In this document: positions 53,403 through 64,000 of the stretch, piece by piece
How positions within the stretch are numbered: position 1 is the stretch's first letter
Layout of the letters: each line of letters opens with the position of its first letter
Origin: Leucoraja erinacea
Lineage: Eukaryota
Assembly: GCF_028641065.1 (NCBI RefSeq)
Contig: NC_073404.1
Location: forward strand, 26,908,001 to 26,972,000
Length of the DNA stretch: 64,000 nt
Direction of reading: 5' to 3'
Program-made: the position numbers and the translations under genes
Notes under the pieces: model-generated
The model's database searches: none
What the model was told of the DNA's origin: nothing
The model's input: the letters and a program-made list of their open reading frames with translations, nothing else

Positions 53403-53541
53403 AGGGCTTGTCCCACTTTGCGATTTTTTTCGTGACCGCGGAGCGTCAGTGACTGACGCCCTTTAAAACCATCATTGACGCACCACAGTTGCCTAAATTA
53501 TTATTATTATTTTTTTTAAATCGCATAGTGGGACAGGCTCT
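53403..53541. mobile_element. PIF/Harbinger-type MITE, copy 4 (short, copy-2 subfamily)
   Basis: AGGGCTTGTCCCACT / AGTGGGACAGGCTCT; interior resembles 23445-23668. Confidence 0.75.
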
Positions 53542-55029
53542 TTAAGGGAACAACAGCAACAGAACAATTTGCAGCGGTGTCGAGCGCCAATCCGCTGCCT
53601 GAGCTGCTGGTTCACAAACAAGCAGCAACTCCACAGGGCAAGGCAGGGAACAAGGATAAGGCAGGAGCTCTCTGAGAAACGCTGGCACAGTTTGCATCAG
53701 GCTGTCCGCTGTCTACATCAGCCAAGCTTTCCTTCGCTTACCAAGCCGGGCAAAATGACTCGGCTTTTAGGTTGCCCGGCGGGACTTTAGGTGGCCATTG
53801 GCACCCGGGTAACCGTTAATTTCGAGCCTTGCATTGACTTGGCCTGTACAGCCATCTGTGGCAATGAATTCCACAGATTCATCACCACTTTTCTGAGGCT
53901 ATGGCCTCTTGGCCTAGACTCTCCCACTCATGGAAACATCCTCTCCACATTCACTCTATCCAGGCCTTTCACTATTTGGTACGTTTCAATATGGTCCCTT
54001 CTCATCCTTCTAAACTCCAGCAGGTAGAGGCCCAGTGCTTTCAAACACTCATCATTTGTTAACGTAATCCTCTTCTAGACCCTCTTATCACTTGGTGAGG
54101 CTTCTCTCCTCTGGTAACCCATCCCACTGTAATGTGACTGAAATACCAACTCATTGCTTGAGGATCTATATTTAATGGTCTTGGTATGATCCTGCATCCA
54201 AATGAAATGGATATGCCTGGACAAACTGTGTACCTTCAGTTTTCTAATTGGTATAATATGCAAATAATAGCAGAATGAAACACCAAGACATTTATGTCAA
54301 AACACTGTGGGCCTTCAGCATTTTAGCAGCTGCAGAAGACAAATGCTTCCATTTGCCTCCGGTTAATGCTCTTCGGATGCATTTTAGCAGATGGTTTCAT
54401 GAAAACCATGATACATTCCACTACTCGTGACTTTAAGTGGCATAAGGAACACAAAAAAATGAGAAAGGAGCATGCAATCTATTAATGTGTAGTTTGAAGC
54501 TAATCGGTTATTGAAAACATGCTATGCAACTATTAAATCAGTCATTGCACAAGGTATTAAACATGACCATTCTACCATTTAATTTGACGGAAACACTAAA
54601 GATTCATGCTGTGGTTTTTAAAATTAAAATAAGTTCACATTCCGTTCCTTGGGAAATGCTGCTCATGGCAGCAATTAAGAGGTCTTCCAAGACTGCCAAT
54701 GCAGCTTTAAAATCAATCATGAGAGTCGTAATCTGCTGAGGTCTAGATCTGTGTCATTTAGAAATTATGATACAGTCATAGAGCATGGAAACAGGCCCTT
54801 TGGCCCAACTTGTCCCACCATATCCTAAACCCGTTCTATCCATGTACCCGTCTAAATGTTTTTTAAACGTCCTGCTTCAACTATCTCCAACTGGCAGCTC
54901 ATTCCATACACCCACCACCCTCCGAGTGTGAAGGAGTTATCACTCAGGTTCCTATACAACTTGCTCTGGCAACTGTACCTGGGCAAATGCTAAAGACCTG
55001 TGTGGAATAACTGGCTGGAGTATCTTCAT

Positions 55030-56260
55030 TTTTTCCTTGCTTCTGCAGCCCCCACCTACTTCAAAAGAGCATCCATCACTCATGAGTGTTGGTGTCAGCT
55101 CAGTCAAAAAAAGTGTGTCTCAATGAGTACTGTTTTGTAGTACTTGCATCCAATGCTTCAAGAGGTTGGTTGTGGCGCAGATCAACTACAGCCTCAGAAA
55201 TGGTCTGCATCATTTCAATGGGTCTTTTGCCACAACCGATCAACTGCAGATGCTATTTCACTGGCTCTCCACTTTGCTTTGGAATATCTGGATAACAGGA
55301 ACACGTACATCAAACAATTTGGCATTCAACACGAGCATCCCCTTCAAACCCATCGTCACGCTCCAAGACTTGGGTCACAGTACCTCCCTTGGCAACTGGA
55401 TCCTTGACTTCATCAGCTGTAGATTGAAAACATCTCCTCCTCAGTGACCATCAACTCAGATGCGCCTCAAGGCAGATGCTTATTCCCCTGCTCTACTCTC
55501 TTTACACCCATGAGTGTGAGGCTAAGCATAGCTACAACCCCATCTATAAATTTGCCAACATTACCGTGACTGAATGAATCTGCATGCAGGAGACAGAACA
55601 ACTAGTTGAGTGATGTCGCAACAACCACCTCGATATCAACAAAACCAATGATCAAATCACTGACATCAGAAAGGGGATGTTGGGAGACCACGTGCCATTT
55701 TCATTGATGGGTCTATAGCAGCGACGAGCTAGAAGCAGAAGCTTCTAATTTCTCGGAGGATCTGGCCAAGGCCTAGCATACAGATGTGATCACAAAGAAG
55801 GCATGCCAGCACCTCGAAGAGGTTTAAAGATATTCAGCATGTCACCAGATACTCTAACAAACTTCCACTGATGCACTGTTAGATATATAACTGGTTGCAT
55901 AATGGCCCGGTACAGTATTTTGAACAGCCAGAAGCGCGTGAGGCTGCAGAGAATGATGGAGTCGCAAGAAGGTTATTTATTAAGGATATCCAACATCTGG
56001 GCCATGCCCTCTTCTCGCTACCACCATCAGGCAGGACGTACAGAATCTTGAAGCCTAATCCCAGGAACAGCTATTTTCCGACTACCATCAGGATCTTGAA
56101 CCGACCTGCACGAATCAGATTCTACCTCAGCAGTAAAACACCATTTCTTACCATGGGCTTGTTTTCCACTTGTGTTTTTTTCTTTTCACCGTCTGGTATA
56201 ATTTATGTATATGTTTGGTTTTGAGTGTTGTCAGAGTCTATGTGGCTGTGATGCTGATGC
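55030..56260 (+). mobile_element. Rex1/Babar-like LINE fragment
   Basis: [75 protein letters not shown]. Confidence 0.78.
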
Positions 56261-59200
56261 ACACAAACAAACAAAAGTAGACAACCAAAACACAACTTTG
56301 ACACTATAAATCCCATTATAAAGAAAGCAAGTTGCCTCTTACTTGAAAAGCATAACGTAGTGTGCACACGAGAATTTATCTGATCTGAGAGCTGACAAGA
56401 CTATGTTTAGAAAGTTATTTAAGGCAGGTCTTGCAGCGCAAGGAGCTGTCCACAACTGAATGCTGCAGTTTGGCACTAAGATCCAGCACTGTGTGCTTAG
56501 CTGCTTTTCTGAAGCCCGAATGTAACTCTCAAAGTGGATCGATTGGGAAAGACTAATTTAAGCTCTCTACTGGAGAGTCTTGATCCATGTTTAAAAATCC
56601 TTGAAATATTTGCTCAGAAATGTACGCAAAGGAAAACTGAAGGAATGCTGAAGTAACAAATGGAAAGACACGACCTCTGACAAAAATGGAACATCCTTTA
56701 TTAAAAATCAAATTTTCAAACACACTTATATATTTGATATAAACATACAAAGAACAACAAACCTGTGCCCTCAATCGCCACAAACCGTCATAAATTGTTT
56801 GGGTTTATCCATGAAGAAAATGGGCGCGTGAGAACCCAACAGTTCTGTGCCAACCTCGTAAGTAAATTTGTTTTTGCTTTTCTTCCCAGCACATGCTGAC
56901 ATACTTTCCTAAATGCAGCACGGTTCTATGTCAACCTTCCGATGTGCACAAAACAGTTAAAGCGCGCTACATGTTCAGGTCCCCAAGTAAGATTCCCACA
57001 AAACAATATTCCTTACAGAAAGGAAAGAGAAAGCCGTACTTCACATACACTCAAAGTGCACCTGATTCCACAAGAATTAGCACGCACACCAGAGGCTCTG
57101 GGGATTCTTAAAGAGATGCTTAGCACAAATAACCTTCTGCTAACATCTAGCGATAGCAAGTGAGGAATTAATAGGGAAATGAACACAAGTTACATATGCA
57201 TCAGCTACAGGTGCACACATTCTTATCTTGTATGAGCTACATAAGAAATTAAACTCGTTAGTGGGATTACTTTATGATAGATTGCTGAAGCTTCCCACAT
57301 TACATAGCCAAAAAAGTGCAAGCCTGATGTAGAACAGAGTGGGGACTTGTAGTTACTCACTGGCCACCAAGGGTCTCACAATGACTACATTCTACAGAAA
57401 CCTTGCGGGACAAAGCATAGATAAACAAGGAACTGCAGATGCTGGTGTATAAAAATAAAGACACAAAGTACTGGAGTAGTTCAGCAGGTCAGGCAGCATC
57501 TCTGGAAAACATTTATAGTGATGATTGGGACAGGACATTTATTCATAGCTTAGATAAAGTTGTACTTGTTAAAGCCTTACACTCTGAGGTCTACTATTTT
57601 AAAATCATTCACTTTTGACCTCCTGAAGCTACAGGATTATTTTTAGATGTTTGTTTCATAATCTTTTCAACTGTCCAACTAAATGTCCCCAAAGAGATGC
57701 CTGACCTTGTGCAAAATGCACCCACAATCCCTTTACAAGATGAAGATATTGTGAGAGACAGGATCATAATATGAACAGTAAACAAAGTATGTTTACTGGT
57801 CATATGTACTGGAACTGTGAAACACTTGCGCGCTGCAGCTTTTTACAGCCACTAACCCCGACAATTCAAAATATCAGTGATAAAAGCTTTTCAGATATGC
57901 ATGACTAAAAATATCACCATTCGCATGCGACCACAGCAATCCATGAAGCACTCCCTTAGCAGTTGAATAGCTTGGTGCTTCATATGTAACTATCCTGTAA
58001 TTCACTTCATTTAATTGTTTGAAACTCTTAATTTGCAGGAAACGGGCCAAGTGTATACAATAAATATCAGTAAATGGAAGTACAGGATGAAATAACACTT
58101 GAACCATTTCCAGGAGTGTCACCTTCTACTCAAAAACCTTTTACGTAACAGAACTCGATTCAGTACTAGGCACATGCATTGCACATGTTCCTCTTCACAA
58201 TTGTGTTACAGCATTAAACAAAAAGCTTTATTTTCTACTTTTTCCTAACCACAATTTTAAAGAGCTACCCTATTGTCAACAACAATATTAATCTAGAGCT
58301 TCCAGGATTCCCGTTTCCAAACAAGAGTTTATTCCTTACTGAATTAGAAAAATAAAACATTCAGAAAGTATCCAGCCACTACAATAAGTAAAATAAAGCC
58401 AAATTAGTATGTATAGAGCTTTTATACAGATAAATGACCCATTTGTACTTCTGAGACCATTGTCAAACAAGATTTTTCACCATACGAGGATGGTCAGATA
58501 CGAGGATGACAGACTTGCTTAATAGATGTTTGAGGGAACCCCAAAGGAGACAGAGGTAGAAAGATGAGGCTTGGAGAAGAGAATTTCAGAGATTAGTGTC
58601 TAACCAGCTGAAGATTAGGCCATCAATGGTAAGGCAATTAAAATCAAGGATGAAACATAATTTGAAAAGTGGAGCTTGCAGCTGATGCAAGGTCCTGATG
58701 ATCTAGTCCTGATGCAGCACCTGACCCAAATATTCACACATAGTTTTTCCCTCCACTTGACTGCCACGTTCTTTCATCAATTCACTTTTGCACAAGGTAA
58801 ACAAAAACACAGGGGTGACTTTGCTGAAGCTTAGCCATTCTTCATCAACCCGATTGATGCATGAAATTATGATGCCTAACTTCTCACTGGAACATTACCA
58901 AGCTCACTTTTGAAGTTTTTTTGTGTCGTCTCGTGAGGATCCATGTAGTGCCCATGGGCATAAAGTTCAGTCATTTGCACATCAATCTTCTCCCTCCAGA
59001 ATGATATGTTTGCAGATTATGCAAATATCAGGATTCCAATTGCAAACTAACTTTTGTCACTCTGACTAATGAGCTTGGTTCCACCATCGTTGAGCTTTCT
59101 CCTTTTCATATATCCACAAGTCACAACGCATGAAAAAAAAAGAGAAACAATAACACAGCAGCACAAAATCCCTCAATTTTTTACATCTCACTGTTTTGTT

Positions 59201-59419
59201 ATATTTCGTCCTATTATTTCCTGCCAAATCTTGTCCTCCATTTTCTTTCACTTCTCCAGTTTAGTTCTGAAGTGCTTCCAGTGGTCTGCTGACCATAGCA
59301 ATTCAACAACGATGAGCGGCTTTTCTCCAAATTCTCAGAGATAGTAAATTGCAAATATGACCTTAATTTAAGACCTACATTCTGATCCTAATATAATGGT
59401 ATTCCAGACGTTTGAAAAT

Positions 59420-60990
59420 GAGATTTGGGCACAATCAACATGGATTTATAAAAGGAAATATTGTTTGACTAATCTGTTAGTGAGTTTGAGGTTGTACAAA
59501 ACGGTCAGGAATTAGCATGTACAGATGGAAAAAAAAGAATAAAAGATAGAGAGACTGTAACCAGCAGGATACTGCAGGGAATGGTGATGGGACCTCAATT
59601 GTTCACAATCTGTATCAACAATTTGGATGAGAAGACTATGCACATTGTATCCAAGTTGGCTGATAATACAAGGTTAGGTGTTGGTGTGAGCTGTGTGGAG
59701 GTGGTGAATCGGCAAGCTTGTGATAAAGAGAATATAATATGTAAAAATATTAATTTATCAACTGCCAGAAAAATAGAAAGGCAGATTATTTTGTTTAAAA
59801 AGGTAAGTAAATTGAAAGGTGTTGGCATCCAGGTACTCCAATGTCTTTGTATACAATTTATTTCAACTTAACTTGCAGGTTCGCCAAGCCATTAGGAACA
59901 CAAACAGTGAGTTAACTTTTACTGCAAGAGAAATTGAGTACAAGAGTTGATGTTTTCTGCTAACTACAGCCACGATGCATTGGGCATACTGTGTGCACGA
60001 AAAGTCTTTTTACTTGGGAGAGATTGCGCTTGGAAACAAGTGCAGCAAAGGTTCTGCAGATCAATTCCTGGGAAGGTAGGATTGTCATACAAGGAGAGTG
60101 AAAACAGACTATCTCATACTTTTGAGTTTAGAAGAATGTGAGGTGATCTCACTGAAGCACACAAAAGTCTAAAGGGCCTGTCCCACTTACGTGTCCTTGG
60201 CACGCAAATTACGCGACCTCGTGGTCGCGTGGTAATTTCATTCAACCGCACAGCCGTCTGGAGTGCATGACGTTATTTGAAGATGGACGCAAAATGCCGG
60301 AGTAACTCAGCGGGATCAGCAGCATCTCTGGTGAGAAGGAATGGGTGTGTTTCGGGTCGAGACTCTTCTTCAGTCCGAAAGAAGGGTCTTGTCCCGAAAC
60401 GTTAACCATTCCTTCTCTCCAGAGATGTTGCCGGTCCCGCTGAGTTACTCCAGCATTTTGTGTCTATCTTCAATTTTCTTGGCCCCGCTCTGGGAGTAGA
60501 AGTGGGGGCGGATCCGGACCGCAACGGCCGTGAGCCCCAGGCTGAGCTCGACGATCGTTTACCTGCTTCTGCTGCTGTTAGAGGTGAGACATGGGTCTTG
60601 GGCCTGTCCCGCTTCGGCCATCAGTTCCGCGATAGGCCGTTGGCGAGCGAAGATTTTGTTCGCTACAAAAATTTAGGAGCCCCGCGTGATGTTGTGCACA
60701 ACTACATACCCCTCCGCATTTCTCAGTGGGACCTTCCACGGGCGACCATACGATGCCCGCGCGCCTCAATGAGACCACAAGGTCGCGTAATTTGCGTGCC
60801 AAGGAAACTCAAGTGGGGCAGGCCCTAAGACTTTGTCAGGCTCGATACACAATTTGTTTTCCTCTTGCTGGGGTATCCAGAACAAGGGGACAATGTTTCA
60901 AAATCAGAGGCTGGCTTTTTATGACAGATAAGGAATTTCTTCAAAGGGTTGAAGTATCGTTGGAATTCATCTTTCTAAAGAGTTGCAGAG
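59420..60990 (+). mobile_element. Old CR1 LINE fragment split by MITE copy 5
   Basis: GPQLFTICINNLD..SKLADNTRLG, then RGDL.E..K and FPLAGVSRTRGQ on either side of the MITE. Confidence 0.75.
60173..60826. mobile_element. PIF/Harbinger-type MITE, copy 5, carrying a PLE hairpin
   Basis: ~55-bp inverted termini starting AGGGCCTGTCCCACT; TAA at the left junction and an overlapping TAA at the right junction; internal PLE fold-back at 60277-60473. Confidence 0.85.
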
Positions 60991-62954
60991 ATTCAGTTTA
61001 TGTATATTTTCATGACACGCTAACACATTGATCTGTATTTATTTGAATATATTTAAAATATCCTTAACATTTCATATTATTATATTGTGTCTAATTAATA
61101 CCTTGTTTAATAAGATCCATAGTTTTTAGATGTAATCATCAAGAATTTTGACAGGAATTTTCTAGATTCTAGCTTTAATTTTATGTTGAGCTTTTGCATT
61201 TCCAGATGGGGAGGGAAGAGCATGTGATATAATATACAAAGCAACAGAATTATAAATAGGGCAATGCTGATACTTTCCAGTCAGTAATTTTACTTATTCT
61301 CAGTATTCATATTCTCAGAGTGGCAGAGTACAGGAATAATGTATTCAGTTTCTCAAGTCTATAAATGTATGTTCAGAATTTTTTAATAACAAGTTGTCTC
61401 AACTAAAGCAGAGAACTCAACAAAATTTCAGAATTTCAGGAAAAGAATAAAATATTTATAGACATGAATAATGGAAATCGAGAACTCAATTGGTCGGCCA
61501 GTTATAAAATATCCCAAAATTGAAGTGCAGTCACACTCTACATAAAGCACCAACTTATGTATTTGAGTCAAAACTTTATATTAGCTCTCAACTTCATTCA
61601 TGCTTAGTTAAAATAAACAAGGCGGAAAAACTGAACAGGGTATTGCTCCAAGAGAAATATAATCAAGGGCCATGAAATGCAAATAACAGATATAAATACA
61701 TTTACAATTTAAGCAAAAGTAATTAAAGGAACCAATTCAAAATATGTTATTGCCCCAACAAAAGTTTTAAAAATCAATGCATTTTCGTATCAAGAGATAT
61801 CTCTAACTTCAGTGGTTTATTTTCTAGCTAGTGCCTGGTATCAATACAGTATCTCTCTCAAGGAAAAGAGAAAGAAGCTACCAAAATATCCACAATATCC
61901 AACAGCTGCAATTAAAAAAAACTATGCGTCACGTCACAGGATGTGGTTAACCCTATTACAGCTACAAAGTTGTAAACTACAATGATTAGATTCTAAAAAT
62001 ATGCCAGGGTTGTCCATTGAACTCATTTCTTTCTTTATCTATCTTCTAGAAGAATATAAGAGATTAATGCTGGAAAAAAACCTTCATCGCAGATTTGAGG
62101 ATGTATTTATTCGCGTTGCATACCATTACCCATCTTGGCTATAAAGAACGTACAAAATTAATATTAAATCCCTCTCAACAAATGTCTAGTTACAAGAGAG
62201 AAATGGCTTTGGAGGATGACTTTGGTTTAAATGGGGGAGTCCAAAAAAGATGAAGGACCGGTTGGATTTCAAGGTCCCAAAGTACCTTATCATTCCCTGA
62301 ATTATTTTTGAAGTGGACCCAATCTGTGCACAAAAAGTTATTTTAATGAATAGCAACGAGAAATAACCATAATCTTTTATAGTTGAAGGATTTATTTTTT
62401 TTAATTGGCCCCGTCAAGAATAAAATGTCTATTTTAAAATAGTGTCCTGTCCCCCTACTTTTGTAGATTGGAAAATATAATGTGAACTCTCATGCCCCGC
62501 CTTCATCCACCCACAGAATTCCAACTGACTCCAGATGTTAATCCAGATGTCTGGGATGAAATATTACACTGGAATTGTGAATAAAGGTCATATGATAAAT
62601 CCCATCTATCAGTACATATTAATATTGATTCGATGCCTGATCTTCAGCTTGAAATTCAGATCCCACAACTGTAGAATGAGAAATGTTGAATTGAATTTTA
62701 ATTTAGGGTAAAATAATTTACAAACTCCTGCAAGGAAATAAAATTAAAATACACAAGAATCATTATTCCCTTTTTGATTTTTTTCCCTTTCTCCACCCTC
62801 TTACAAAAATCTTAACACACTTCAGGGAGAAGTCTTCACGCAACAGGAACTTCCTAGTTCTTTATATTTTTCCCCCACATATACCTCAAACTGTACCCAT
62901 CTTTTCATTCTCTTCGTTCATACTACAGCTGGATCCAGTCATTCCCTTCTCCAA

Positions 62955-63544
62955 AGATAGACACAAAAAATTGGAGTAACTCAGCGGGACAGGCAGCATC
63001 TCTGGAGAGAAGGAATGGGTGACGTTCTGGGTCAAGACATCTATTTACATTAAAATAAACTGCTGCAGGAACTCAGTGGTTCCAGCACCATTTGTGGAGG
63101 CAAATAAATTATTGATGTTTGAGATGGGACTTCAGGACAGAAAGGCCAAGTTCAAATTAAAAGTATCACCCCCATCAAACTAAATCACATTTGAACACCG
63201 CTCAATCTATCTAAACATACCTGATCTCCCGGTTGCTAAATACTTTAACTCCCCCTCCCATTCCCACACTGACCTTTGTCATGGGTCTCCTCCATTGTCA
63301 GAGTGAGGGCCAGCGCAAATTGGAGGAACTGCACCTCATATTTTGCTTGGGCAGCTTACACCCCAGCGGTATGAACATTGACTTATCTAACTTCAAGTAA
63401 CCCTTGCTTTCCCTCTCTCTCTCCAACCCCACAGTTCTCCGATCAGTCTTACCGTCTCTGACTACATTTTATCTCTTTTGCTTTGTTGTTACCTTTCCCA
63501 ACCAACAATGATCTTAGATAGATACAAAAAACTGGAGTAACTCA
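62955..63544. mobile_element. Cluster of Penelope-like pieces, including a GIY-YIG C-terminus (+)
   Basis: 63220-63400 encodes PDLPVAKYFNSPSHSHTDL..GLLHCQSEGQRKLEELHLIFCLGSLHPSGMNIDLSNFK*; inverted terminal-repeat pieces at 62955-63040 and 63515-63544. Confidence 0.8.
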
Positions 63545-64000
63545 CAGGGCTGTGGAGTCAGAGTCATCGTTGAAGTCGGAGCAATTTTGGTGCTGCTGGA
63601 GTCGGTAAAAAAGTCCCGACTCTGACCTCAACATAAATTTAACCACAACAATGACCACAGAAATGTTTAAGAAACACCTTATCGAACTGGTTGTAAGAAA
63701 CGGTGTAGCCTTAACTTTATATTCACAAACAGCCTTTCTAGGCCTAAATGGAGAAATGGTGCAGAAACTAGGAGTTTCTCTGGCAAGGGAGATCATCAGA
63801 AAACTTATACTTGAAGAAGCCAAGAATGAAAAGGAAAAGCTTTGTAAAACTCTTAAGGGGCAGTTCATGGTCATTAAAATGGATGCCACCACTTGCCAGA
63901 GTTAACTATTTTGCCATCAGTGCTAGATTTGTTGATGAAAACAATAAAATAGTAACTCAGACATTAGGAGTAAAGGACACTAAGGCACATCATGAGAGCA
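63545..64000 (+). mobile_element. hAT-family transposon left end and frameshifted transposase fragment (runs off the window)
   Basis: CAGGGCTGTGGAGTC terminus with GGAGTCGG subterminal repeats; MTTEMFKKHLIELVVRNG...LKGQFMVIKMDATTCQ, frameshift, then VNYFAISARFVDENNKIVTQTLGVKD (first catalytic Asp region). Confidence 0.78.

Noticed and set aside
34665-64000. USP32 exon 2 (VTDVELKRLKDAF...) expected upstream of exon 3
   Set aside because: No matching sequence found by eye; it probably lies beyond the window, making this intron longer than 29 kb. A tblastn would settle it.

Overview
Vertebrate genomic DNA, most likely a cartilaginous fish (skate/ray). This is inferred from HE1-type SINEs, HER1/CR1-type LINE tails and abundant Penelope-like repeats. 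The window lies inside one minus-strand gene, USP32 (ubiquitin-specific protease 32). Nine consecutive coding exons were read directly, equivalent to human exons 3-11 (the EF-hand N-terminal region), all with GT-AG sites and consistent phases. Exons 1-2 and 12 onward were not found and probably lie outside the window. The introns are full of decayed transposons: CR1, L2 and Rex1/Babar-like LINEs, HE1-like SINEs, Penelope-like elements (PLEs) with minimal hammerhead ribozyme motifs, PIF/Harbinger-type MITEs, hAT and Tc1 remnants. The most striking features are recurrent fold-back structures. (i) Three PLE terminal-repeat hairpins turn at the hammerhead core; one is a perfect 154-bp palindrome with a 15-bp target duplication. 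(ii) Five MITEs share one 15-bp TIR but have different palindromic interiors; one carries a PLE hairpin and one is wrapped in a perfect 45-bp inverted flank. (iii) There is an old ~465-bp AT-rich palindrome of unknown origin. Transposon-fragment boundaries are approximate and family names come from recalled motifs, not database searches. Most short ORFs in the supplied track are spurious or transposon debris.
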